IMG/VR virus record: IMGVR_UViG_3300050020_000041
Location: 1-64,000 of that record
DNA: 64,000 bases
From: an uncultured virus (IMG/VR IMGVR_UViG_3300050020_000041)
Taxonomy: Duplodnaviria; Heunggongvirae; Uroviricota; Caudoviricetes
Direction: 5' to 3' (one strand)
The notes under the pieces: generated by a model
What the model was told of the DNA's origin: nothing
What the model saw: the letters and a program-made list of their open reading frames with translations, nothing else
The model's database searches: none
In this document: one piece after another, positions 48,101 to 56,469 of the stretch
How positions within the stretch are numbered: position 1 is the first letter of the stretch
How the letters are laid out: every line of letters starts with the position of its first letter
Program-made: the position numbers and the translations under genes

Positions 48101-49522
48101 TTAGCAAGTCCGATGGGATGGGTAGCAATAGCGATAGCTGCAGTAATAGCGGCGGTCGTGGCTCTTGGAGTAGGAGCATACGAGCTAATAAAACATTGGG
48201 ACGTAGTCTCGAAGTTCTTCTCCGATATATGGGACGGAATTAAGATAGGTCTCGACACGTTATGGAATTGGATTAAGGTTGGTTGCGGCATATTTTATGA
48301 TTTCTACATACAGCCGTGGGTAGACATTTTCAATTTCTTGTTCGGTGACAAAGGTATGTTTACCTGGACTAAGATATCTACGTTCTTCAATGGCATTTGG
48401 GAGGGCATAAAGTCAATAGGCTCAGTGATAGCGAATGCGATAGCATCTCCTTTCCAGACAGCATGGGATACGATTACGGGAATATTCAGCTGGTCGAACA
48501 TAAAGGGAATGTTTGTAAAAGCATTTCAGTGGGTGGTCGATGTTATGCCAGAGTGGGTAAAGAAGATGCTAGGAATTTCGACCGGTCCGAGCGGAACCAC
48601 GAATGTGAATATAGCTGACACTTCAGCTATGATTTCCAGGATGGAAGGCGGTCTTAACTCGGTGAACCCGAATGATAATGGCTCTGTATCTCTTGGAAAA
48701 ATGCAATGGCATGGTACAAATGCTCAGGCGATGCTCAGTCAAATGCGCCAGCAAGATCCCACGTACTTCGATAACAAGATGGGAAAGGGCATGCTCAATG
48801 GAGACTGGAGTAAGAAGACATTCTCCGATCAGGACACAGCTAATTATAAGTCTTTGTTTGACGATAAAGGCATGGCATCAAAGTACGCCGGTGTCCAGGA
48901 AGATCTGCAAACGAAATTTGTTAATCAATATGTGGAGGCAGGCAAGAGTTTAGGACTCAGGGATGAGAAGGCGATAATGTTTTTCGCAGATCTAGCCAAC
49001 CAGTATGGACTTGGTAAGAAAGGTGGATATGATGGAGCTATCCCGATGATTGAAAGAATAGCTTCCGGTATGAATAAGGGTATAGGAGATCTGACCGAAG
49101 GAGATATTTTCAGAGGAATACAGAATCGTCCAGATTACAAAGATGGTTCGACCACTGCGAGACGTAATGCGTTTGACCAGTCCCTTGCGAATTACACCAT
49201 GGGAACACCGCCCCCGCCGACCATCAATGCGGCTGTAGCGGATAACACCAAGACGGTGGGTTCTGGAACTGTCACGACTACGAGCACTGCTCCGCCTCCG
49301 GATGGTTCCCCAGCGATTGTGGGAGTGCAAGGTAATGCGTTCCATCAGCAAGAGACCGATCCACAGACCAAGCAGATGATGTTGGATTTAACGAACACGT
49401 TGAAAGGACTTCAGAATGGAATGTCCCTCTCGATTACGATAGATGAAAAAGGATTACTAAAGGCAATCAGAACTGATGCCAAGAATCAGAAACAAGATGC
49501 TATCATGAATGGAGTAAAATAA
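45179..49522 (+). CDS. Tape measure protein with C-terminal lysozyme-like domain
   Basis: 1447 aa; W/F-periodic repeats, hydrophobic segments; MISRMEGG...NDNGSVSLGKMQW...ANQYG. Confidence 0.85.
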   Translation: MAFNFNGFGFSFKAKDVNTVSTVDTIQKSVDKMGNTMEKVAKRPTNSLIHGLNLVANAFQNVKIERMTTHLTALTDKAEGLAGNTFKIEGMADMVKGINNAQTKIVAFTSFSASSISGIMSGLSVKYGIAQEDVADIYTKLSQTVKNPKMLKDMTDFAVQLKETYGLTADDVADSIGNLSSASYKFSEKEIKQLYDKQAAVGKLNNAGQEYVAQFGAQTKFVEDQLVGMWGANNVSKEMVSDLMDQSLKAQSVFQQAGQMSAAESLTAVQGMMNATKDANQFFAQMTNSYNSLTGMKNGDAMMISMFGSVDDYKKIIQKGPEAMIEKLAQIRENLNGDANKTKMYNTVLAEYFGDNAKGVGFTLEKGVKGIADIVVQTNKAMVNSGGMVQKTSDMVQQSTDKMEKHLESARNNMMLAMGSDGADSYRKSLGIREAAVISLTKSIETLKGKTDWASKAEKGFLEVFSAFKMGGMGAGLIKLGEIFPPLAKILKPLGTMMDGLGITFSDAFMALAGIVVAGKPVINILGKIGDKLSPFLKNAFAGGFLKGLGKIFFWVSLVYYGIRNIIGSVGDLTKIWNDSSKSLEQKVTASMERVGKVVWDTFNDMFFGIPQLLADAFKSKDIDKSLSGLWDAFGDWRKSVDWDGIGKQVLAAMTGVAVWVSTKLSDFWNFLKPDKALADLAKVDWKTFFTKAFASLGGNNGVFKDIWKMFSPTVDAAIGWFKSIDWKKVGNTLVEMISDGLAGAANAAIGFAGAIATWISGVDWSNVGKLLVDGLFLALKLIVIGAGLLTEIVIKWFEKVNWGAAATAIWNLLIAAVNAGFQTITGMFTEIDKKLSEMFGGWWTAAKVLAGFITLVLTPAIIAYTASVVSAGIASTVAFAEKASGAVVQLAGSIVDNLGGAVLKGMGALNRFSGAIGDAWSAVGKFGGMILDNAKKIIAWGISMATTAWEGITTFVGGVWASVTALWAQTTAFLASPMGWVAIAIAAVIAAVVALGVGAYELIKHWDVVSKFFSDIWDGIKIGLDTLWNWIKVGCGIFYDFYIQPWVDIFNFLFGDKGMFTWTKISTFFNGIWEGIKSIGSVIANAIASPFQTAWDTITGIFSWSNIKGMFVKAFQWVVDVMPEWVKKMLGISTGPSGTTNVNIADTSAMISRMEGGLNSVNPNDNGSVSLGKMQWHGTNAQAMLSQMRQQDPTYFDNKMGKGMLNGDWSKKTFSDQDTANYKSLFDDKGMASKYAGVQEDLQTKFVNQYVEAGKSLGLRDEKAIMFFADLANQYGLGKKGGYDGAIPMIERIASGMNKGIGDLTEGDIFRGIQNRPDYKDGSTTARRNAFDQSLANYTMGTPPPPTINAAVADNTKTVGSGTVTTTSTAPPPDGSPAIVGVQGNAFHQQETDPQTKQMMLDLTNTLKGLQNGMSLSITIDEKGLLKAIRTDAKNQKQDAIMNGVK

Positions 49523-49821
49523 TGAATTATACATCGCAGTTAGCATATAACGATGGAGTGCAACTGGAAGGCTATCAGTTCAGACCATTTAGAGTTTATC
49601 CAGATGTCAAGATAAACGATGCCGATACTTATTATGGCGTAGGTCCACATGATAATCTGGGAAAGATATCGCAGAAGTTTTATAACACGCCTGACTTTAA
49701 CTGGTTCATTGCGCTTGCTAATGATATCAAATTAGAAAATACAGAGCTATATGCGGGATTGAAGATCCGGATACCGGCTTTTGAAACCCTGGTCAGTTAT
49801 TTAATGGAGTTGAAACAATGA
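49522..49821 (+). CDS. LysM/gp53/tail X-like baseplate protein
   Basis: DNLGKISQKFY..PDFNWFIALANDI...GLKIRIP. Confidence 0.75.
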   Translation: MNYTSQLAYNDGVQLEGYQFRPFRVYPDVKINDADTYYGVGPHDNLGKISQKFYNTPDFNWFIALANDIKLENTELYAGLKIRIPAFETLVSYLMELKQ

Positions 49822-51077
49822 TAATGTCGATGCCGATGGTATATCTCTATGTGGCTAAGACCGCGACAGAAGTTCCGAAACTGTTGTATGAGGTTCTCAG
49901 GGACATGGATGGCTTCGATTACATGGGGCAGAAACTTAATCCCCAGACGTTTCAGGGCGCTCCCTTCGTCACGAGTATGGATATGGATTTTCAGTCTGAG
50001 AAAGTACCGGAGCTGAATTTCACGATGGAACTTCCGATGAAGGCGATCCACAGAGCGAAGAAATTGTTCGTTAATAATAATCCCGATTTTTGCCAGTATG
50101 TATATGTCCAGTTTGGCTACTACCCGGAGATCATGTCCGAGTTAATAGGATTCACGCTCACAGCTCTCCCGAAGATTACAGGAGGCTTCGAAGGCTCTAT
50201 GGCTATTCAGGCGTTCGGTGGAGTTGGTGGCTTTCTGGGCGATTTAGAGAAAAATGTAACAACGCGGGTACAGGTTCCGTTTGTAAACGAATTTGTATTT
50301 CCCAAAAGTACAACGATAGAGCAATTATTCAGATGGCAGTTCGGAGGAAGGGGTTATGACCTTACGTTCTCGCCCATGAGTCAGGACTTAGCCCAGATAA
50401 AGCCGCTTGCAGCGAGTACGCCCGTAGCGACTACATTCTCTGCGTGGTTCAAAGACATCCTGAAGAAAGCTAATATCGGATATAATGTCACGGTAAAACC
50501 GAAGGGAAAACTGGAAGTGACACTGATGGACCTTAGTCTGTCTGGAAATTACAAAGCGAATAAGGAGCTGACGTTGGTGGATAGAGAACTTATGCCCGCC
50601 AACCTGAAGTTTGGCAAGTCAGATGCGATTATTCTGCCGATTCTGAATTATTCATATGATGCTATAGCCATCAGTCAGTTAGCGGCAGACAGAAAGAAAA
50701 TAGATGCTCAGGTAAAGATTGATGAAGCCACGAGGATGCCTGAAATTCAGGACGATATGCTCGGAGGCGGCGGGACGAGAAAAAGTTATGATGAACGTTT
50801 GAACAGAGTACCCAGGGTAGCGCCCACAGTCAGCGGTCAGTCCTATGTGGCTGTAGATGAAAAGAAAACGATTCCGCTGGACACCAAAGTCGGAGCATTC
50901 GAAGTAAAGGTCACTACGCTTATATATCCTGGAATTTTCCCCTACGGATGGAATGCAAGATTTCTGTCTCCTTCGGAGGATCTGACTAACAGGCCGCATC
51001 TGGTTAGGGGAGTTAAATACTCGTTAGTAGGTAGTTACGATATGGAGCTGACGATAAATGGATTTGAAACATGTTAG
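49818..51077 (+). CDS. Putative baseplate hub protein
   Basis: VQFGY motif; located between the LysM-like and spike genes. Confidence 0.5.
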   Translation: MIMSMPMVYLYVAKTATEVPKLLYEVLRDMDGFDYMGQKLNPQTFQGAPFVTSMDMDFQSEKVPELNFTMELPMKAIHRAKKLFVNNNPDFCQYVYVQFGYYPEIMSELIGFTLTALPKITGGFEGSMAIQAFGGVGGFLGDLEKNVTTRVQVPFVNEFVFPKSTTIEQLFRWQFGGRGYDLTFSPMSQDLAQIKPLAASTPVATTFSAWFKDILKKANIGYNVTVKPKGKLEVTLMDLSLSGNYKANKELTLVDRELMPANLKFGKSDAIILPILNYSYDAIAISQLAADRKKIDAQVKIDEATRMPEIQDDMLGGGGTRKSYDERLNRVPRVAPTVSGQSYVAVDEKKTIPLDTKVGAFEVKVTTLIYPGIFPYGWNARFLSPSEDLTNRPHLVRGVKYSLVGSYDMELTINGFETC

Positions 51078-51868
51078 AACTATTAAGACAGGTTATCGGT
51101 GAGATAGGAAAATATGGCTTAGGACATGTTACGGGCAGGTACTATGGCCATTATATGTGTATAGTGACCGACAATGAAGATCCGATGAAGACCGGCTGTG
51201 TGAGGCTTTATGGAATGATTTTCCCTGGAAGCGAAAACAATGCAAGTAACCCAATGGATCTGTGGATACCGCCGAAAAGTAATTTCATAGGTAATAGTTC
51301 GGGACAGTTTTTCCCACCGGAAGTAGGGGCATACGTATTTGTTACGTTCATTGATGGCGACTATGGCAGACCATTTTACGATGGTGGCTTCTGGAATGAG
51401 GATACGGTCGTTCCCTTCAGAGATTTACAGACCAAGAAGCCCTCGGTAAGGGGAATTAGAACAACGACCGGCTATGAAATTATGTTCTCAGAAAAAAATG
51501 ATGAGAATAAGGAAAATTTTTTAAGGGTGCTTACGCCATCAGGGCATGCCCTGAAAATGGATGACAAAAAGGATGCGGAATGCGTATCGCTCACAGACAA
51601 ATTTGGCAATGCGTATATGTCGGATAAAGATGGAATTAAGATTGCAGATAACAATGGAAATACGTTTATTATGGCTAAGGACGGAGTGAAGCTGAACGGG
51701 CAGTATATCGTAAGAGAAGAGTATCTACAATGGGTAGATGATAACAAAGCGAATATCGGAGTAGGCAATATGGCAGCGCCAGTTCCAATGTTTCCAGCAG
51801 CTCTTACGGTATTTGTTCAGAAGTTCAAGTCAATGAAAGATAAGTTTTTATCGAATAAAGAAGGTTAA
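51071..51868 (+). CDS. Baseplate spike protein (gp5/gpV/VgrG OB-fold)
   Basis: YYGHY..IVTDNEDP...G.V, FFPPEVG..VFV.F.DGD..RP...GG.W, TPSGH..MDD. Confidence 0.85.
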   Translation: MLELLRQVIGEIGKYGLGHVTGRYYGHYMCIVTDNEDPMKTGCVRLYGMIFPGSENNASNPMDLWIPPKSNFIGNSSGQFFPPEVGAYVFVTFIDGDYGRPFYDGGFWNEDTVVPFRDLQTKKPSVRGIRTTTGYEIMFSEKNDENKENFLRVLTPSGHALKMDDKKDAECVSLTDKFGNAYMSDKDGIKIADNNGNTFIMAKDGVKLNGQYIVREEYLQWVDDNKANIGVGNMAAPVPMFPAALTVFVQKFKSMKDKFLSNKEG

Positions 51869-51872
51869 TGAA

Positions 51873-52196
51873 ATGGCTCTCGATGTTTCTAAGCTAACGA
51901 CGATGATTTTGGACAACAGACTTGCAGCTATGCAGAGTGAAATAGATGCTGTAGAAGATGCTGGCACTAAAGCAGCTGTCAAGGCAAGATTGAAAGCGGA
52001 TAGCAATGCGATAGCAAAAGCGGTCATTGAACATGTTACGGCGGCAATGGAGATCGAAGTAAATCCAGCGGACATATCGGTCCCAGCGGGCATAGCGGTT
52101 ACGACAACTGGTTCAGCTGCGGCACAAGCCGGAGCTACGTCAGCGCCAGGAAAAGCGACAGGTACGATAAAGGGTTCGGCGGGAAGAATTAGTTAA
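51873..52196 (+). CDS. Small baseplate-associated protein
   Basis: 107 aa, Ala/Gly/Thr-rich C-terminus, follows the spike gene. Confidence 0.5.
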   Translation: MALDVSKLTTMILDNRLAAMQSEIDAVEDAGTKAAVKARLKADSNAIAKAVIEHVTAAMEIEVNPADISVPAGIAVTTTGSAAAQAGATSAPGKATGTIKGSAGRIS

Positions 52197-52198
52197 GT

Positions 52199-52211
52199 GA
52201 AATTGATTGCA
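52199..52211 (-). repeat. Half-site copy of the intergenic element
   Basis: GAAATTGATTGCA, the exact reverse complement of TGCAATCAATTTC. Confidence 0.55.
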
Positions 52212-52239
52212 TTAAGTAAATAAACTGTTTTGTAAGGGC

Positions 52240-52617
52240 ATGGACTGTATAATAAAAGGTTTTGGAAGTACGTTCGATGCAGGCGTAAGCGGGATACCAC
52301 CGTTTTATGTTGATACCGATTTGATCGGTGAGTCCATTAGGGAAATTCTGCTCACTCAAAAAGGGGAGAGAATAATGCGCCCCGATTTTGGAACGAATAT
52401 ACTTGAACTGATTTTTGAAAATGATGGCGAATTTCTGCAATCCGAATTGAAGTCAGAAATTCTTGGTGCAATTCAGAAATATGAGCCAAGAGCGAAAGTA
52501 ATGCCAGATGATATAGTAATCGAAAGTGAGGATGGAGAGGTCGTGGTTACGATTAACTACGAGTACCTGGGCGAAAAAGGACAGACTGAAGAAACATTTA
52601 CACTACCGAGGAAATAA
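52240..52617 (+). CDS. Baseplate wedge protein gp25/GPW family
   Basis: SIREILLTQKGERIMRPDFG, IQKYEPR. Confidence 0.9.
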   Translation: MDCIIKGFGSTFDAGVSGIPPFYVDTDLIGESIREILLTQKGERIMRPDFGTNILELIFENDGEFLQSELKSEILGAIQKYEPRAKVMPDDIVIESEDGEVVVTINYEYLGEKGQTEETFTLPRK

Positions 52618-54356
52618 TGATTTTAACAATAGTAGAAGACACCACGTTTGTTCAGGCTCCGGTTGTGTATGCATTATGCGGACTTACCATGAACTTACAT
52701 AGTAACCTGAAGAACCAAGGCTTCCAGGGCGACAAGGCTTACATATGTCTCGGACTCGGTGGTGGAGTAGCCAGCGGACACGGTTACACGGGACTAACCT
52801 TCACGGATATATCGAGCGGTTCGTTTATAGTCGCCACGTATGGAGTTTCGGAGGCGGATCAATATATCGGGCAGATATTACATGTGCTCAGCGGACTTAA
52901 TAAGGGAGTGTATGTCATAGTGGGCGGTGCTTCAAATGAAGGTACGGGCAGAGGTACATTTACGATTGCTCCGACCTCAGATGATTTTGACGGCACACAT
53001 GCAGAGGCGGGCGTCCTTGATTATCAGATAGCAAACTGGCAGGTGTATGAAGACCGAAGCATAATCAGCGACTCCTCCAGAATGACAGGAGATTCGTTTC
53101 TAAGAAAGAATTTCTTAGCCAAGGATATGTGGACTTATACTGATGAGGCAATGAGTCTGATAAAGAAAAATTTCGGTGATGATTTCAACAATTTCGTTAC
53201 AAGTGATTTAGGAATGTTATTGGTAGAGGTGTTGTCATATCAGTCGGAGGGAATGACCTGGTATCTGAATTTCATTGCAAACGAACTGAGAATGAAGGAC
53301 GCAAAACTTGTTTCAAGCGCTTCAGATTTGTCACGCTATTTGAATTATAAGCCCTCCCCGATGGTGGCGTCAGGTTCTAAAATAAGAGTGACGCTCTCTG
53401 AGCAGATCGGTGATGGACACGGCACGGTGACCTTCCCAAAAGGTTTGAAATGCAAAACGGACAATGGCATTATATTCGAGACCGCAGCAGATGTCGTTAT
53501 GACCTCGCTACTCAAAGATATTTATGCTGATGTTGTGGTTATTCAGGGAGAGACCATCGTAGAAACCTTTGTAGGCTCGGGACAATCGAATCAGATAATG
53601 ATTCTTGGCGGAATTCCGAAGGGCAAGGGGATGTTAAAGGGAGTGAAGGTGTTTGTGGGCGAAACTGAATGGCCGGAGGTCGATACTCTGGAGTTCGGAA
53701 GTCTCGCACAATTCGAGGTAGACTATCTCGGTGAAAGTCCGGAAGTTATCTTCGGAAGCGGACTCACCGGTATGGTGCCTGAAGCAGGAAGTGTCATTAC
53801 AGTATATAAGAGGATCGGAGTGGGCAAGACTGGTAATGTGGCTTCTAACGTAATTACGAAAGCAGTTGATACAGTTGCAGGTCCAGGGGGAATAGGAACG
53901 GTGAAATTCACGGTAACAAACATAGTGGAAGCAGTCGGTGGCGGAGATGCAGAATCACTTGAATCGATCAAGGCTAATGCTCCGAAGTTTTTCAGTACCT
54001 CTGATAGGGCGGTTACACAGGAAGACTGGGATACTCTGGCTACGACATTCTCGGGAGCTTATGGGAGGATAGCCAAAGCCAAGGCTAAGGTTATCAGAGG
54101 ACTCGATGACGGTTCACCATTGGCGACAATAATCGGAAGTTTTATAAATGATGTGGCGACAATCTCGACTGTCATTGATGGCAGGGCAAATGAAATTATT
54201 CTGGATAATGATTTTGAAAACCAGTATGGGGAGTTAATAGATGTAATGACAGCGGCGTTGGGTGAAGTTCAGGCGACAAGGGATCAGCTGACAGCCATTG
54301 AAAATGCGCTCAAACTTGTATCTACGAACATTCAGCAATCAGAGGCAATATTATAA
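52617..54356 (+). CDS. Baseplate wedge gp6/J-like protein, N-terminal part
   Basis: SDLGMLLVEVLSY, LNYKP, IFET, FG.G..G..P, GGGDAES.ESIK.NAP, RAVTQED; ends in a helical segment. Confidence 0.8.
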   Translation: MILTIVEDTTFVQAPVVYALCGLTMNLHSNLKNQGFQGDKAYICLGLGGGVASGHGYTGLTFTDISSGSFIVATYGVSEADQYIGQILHVLSGLNKGVYVIVGGASNEGTGRGTFTIAPTSDDFDGTHAEAGVLDYQIANWQVYEDRSIISDSSRMTGDSFLRKNFLAKDMWTYTDEAMSLIKKNFGDDFNNFVTSDLGMLLVEVLSYQSEGMTWYLNFIANELRMKDAKLVSSASDLSRYLNYKPSPMVASGSKIRVTLSEQIGDGHGTVTFPKGLKCKTDNGIIFETAADVVMTSLLKDIYADVVVIQGETIVETFVGSGQSNQIMILGGIPKGKGMLKGVKVFVGETEWPEVDTLEFGSLAQFEVDYLGESPEVIFGSGLTGMVPEAGSVITVYKRIGVGKTGNVASNVITKAVDTVAGPGGIGTVKFTVTNIVEAVGGGDAESLESIKANAPKFFSTSDRAVTQEDWDTLATTFSGAYGRIAKAKAKVIRGLDDGSPLATIIGSFINDVATISTVIDGRANEIILDNDFENQYGELIDVMTAALGEVQATRDQLTAIENALKLVSTNIQQSEAIL

Positions 54357-55108
54357 TGATTACTACGACAAATATAGAACTCACGGTGAGGATAAATAAT
54401 GCGCAAGCGATGATCTCCGCTCTGAAACTTAGAGCCGCAACTTCAGTAAGTACGATGAATACAGCCATATCGACCTTAAAGAATTTCAGGGATATGTATG
54501 CGGCGAAATTAACGGTGATGCAATCTGACTTAAATGAGATCAAGACATTCCTGCAGACCGCAAGTTTTGATGTGGGAAAGATAAAATCATATGTAAGCGG
54601 AATAATTTCCGCGACTGGCAATGCTAACCATGTTGTCGTCTATGCATTGACATACGATAAGGACGGTTTTTATGTAGCCCCTGGAAATGATTTGCTTGAA
54701 GAGTTATCGGGATACCTGGATGAAAGAAGGCTTATAAATGTAACGCATGAGAGTACATCGGGAATGGGTATGATTGTGGAGTGCTGTTTAGATGCGATCA
54801 TCAGGGTAAAAAAAGGTTATGTGGCGGATGAGGTCAGGCGGAACGTTCAGCAGGTTATGATTGATCTGGTCAGGGGAAGGGACTTCAACCAGTCGCTATA
54901 TCTTTCGGAGATATATGAGGCTATACAGCTGGTAGAAGGGCCGGCAAGCGTCAACGTGAGTATTAACCTTCCAGGTGGTGAAAGTTATGTAGAGAACGTT
55001 CAAAGTGGAATCGATGAGTATGGTAATCTTTTATTGGCCAGAAGTGAGAATATAATCAGTAAGGGTGTCGGTTCGCTGGATGAAGTATTTACGGTCGAGG
55101 TACTGTAA
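54356..55108 (+). CDS. Baseplate wedge gp6/J-like protein, C-terminal part
   Basis: Helical N-terminus, then NHVVVYAL...LSGYLDERR, DFNQSLYLSEIY..IQ.VEG. Confidence 0.65.
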   Translation: MITTTNIELTVRINNAQAMISALKLRAATSVSTMNTAISTLKNFRDMYAAKLTVMQSDLNEIKTFLQTASFDVGKIKSYVSGIISATGNANHVVVYALTYDKDGFYVAPGNDLLEELSGYLDERRLINVTHESTSGMGMIVECCLDAIIRVKKGYVADEVRRNVQQVMIDLVRGRDFNQSLYLSEIYEAIQLVEGPASVNVSINLPGGESYVENVQSGIDEYGNLLLARSENIISKGVGSLDEVFTVEVL

Positions 55109-55752
55109 TGTCGACTAAAATCGAATTCATGGACAGAAGTCAGAAGGCGAATATCAAGATTAAGATGGTCAAGGGAAACATCGAGGGCGTCAATCGTATG
55201 ATCCTTCAGTTCTTTCCGGAGACGATCTCTGATGGAAACTCTACGAATTGGGACAGCAAGCAGATTCCTGGAGGTTCGCATCCCTTACAGATGTGGCAGT
55301 CAGGTGGCGGCAGGACAATAAGTTTTGCAATAACGCTTTTCAGGGAGTCTCTTGGCTCGGTGAATAATGCATTGCTTCCCCAGCCGTCTGACACAAACGC
55401 ATTCGATTACAAGGACAGTGGGGCAGACACGATAAAAAAGGTCGATAATTACAACATAGACATTGACAGAGCATTGGGCTGGCTGAGGGCATTGACTTAT
55501 CCAAAGTATTCCGATACCTCCGTAGAGCCGCCTCCGCAGGTGAGAGTAATATTTCCGGAGACCATGAATCTCATGAAGTTCTTATCGAGAGTAGGAAAGG
55601 TGAACAACGTTATTACAGGCATTGTAAAGGATGCCCAGATCGAATATCAGAAGTTCTTCATGGACGGAACGCCTAAGAAAGCAAGTCTGACAGTCACCAT
55701 TGAAGAATCGTGTCAGGATGAAACCGGCATTCATTTTACGGGGAGAATGTAA
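55108..55752 (+). CDS. Tube initiator-like baseplate protein
   Basis: LQFFPETISD, IPGGSHPL.MW.SGGGRTISF, LRALTYP, PPP, F..DGTP..A. Confidence 0.6.
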   Translation: MSTKIEFMDRSQKANIKIKMVKGNIEGVNRMILQFFPETISDGNSTNWDSKQIPGGSHPLQMWQSGGGRTISFAITLFRESLGSVNNALLPQPSDTNAFDYKDSGADTIKKVDNYNIDIDRALGWLRALTYPKYSDTSVEPPPQVRVIFPETMNLMKFLSRVGKVNNVITGIVKDAQIEYQKFFMDGTPKKASLTVTIEESCQDETGIHFTGRM

Positions 55753-56435
55753 TGGAACAGATGGATATTGTTTATAGCAAGGGTACAGAAGAAATCGCAC
55801 AGTCTATGATGTCTCAGATACCAGCTCATCATGCGGCTGATGACAACATGAAAAAGTTCATTTATGTCATGGCGGAAACACAGGCGATGTTCAAGTTGGC
55901 AGCAAATGACCTTCTGGCGTCCAAAAGAGGATCCACGGTAAGAGATAGCGAACTAGCGGATATGGCGGAGAATTTTAATATCCAGGTTGATAGAAATTTC
56001 ATGGACAAGCAAAAGGCATTTGTTCAGTTAGCTTCGAAATGGATTGATAGAAAAGGCACGCGACTCGCCTTTCAAACCCTGATAAGCAGTTACGATAAAA
56101 ATTCGGACATCTCGGAGATTTACGAATACTGGCCCAAGTGCGGCGACAATTACATGCTCGGAACGACACTGATTCAGCTTACTTGTGGAATGGATGGCGA
56201 GTCAGAAGGAGTACCCATGAAGGCTGGCTCAAATCTATTGGCGGAAAGCCATCTTCTGAGTCCGTTGTCTGAGATTAAAAGTCTTCTTAGAATAAAGGTA
56301 GAGGGATATGATTCCTCCGATACGATATTTAATAAATCGCTTGAAGAAGCAGTAAAAAGAATCACGCCGATACATATATCGATTGATAGCGTACCCTTTG
56401 AGACGCTAAGGACGACACGTCCACGGCTCTTATAA
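55752..56435 (+). CDS. Baseplate wedge (gp7/tail I-like) protein
   Basis: RKGT...F and ITPIH motifs; position in the baseplate cluster. Confidence 0.5.
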   Translation: MEQMDIVYSKGTEEIAQSMMSQIPAHHAADDNMKKFIYVMAETQAMFKLAANDLLASKRGSTVRDSELADMAENFNIQVDRNFMDKQKAFVQLASKWIDRKGTRLAFQTLISSYDKNSDISEIYEYWPKCGDNYMLGTTLIQLTCGMDGESEGVPMKAGSNLLAESHLLSPLSEIKSLLRIKVEGYDSSDTIFNKSLEEAVKRITPIHISIDSVPFETLRTTRPRLL

Positions 56436-56469
56436 TTTAACGAAATTTAATGCTAAGGAATATTGAGAG

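Noticed and set aside
41672..56435. Stand-alone eCIS/tailocin
   Set aside because: Portal, capsid, protease, terminase and replication genes are contiguous, so this is a phage.
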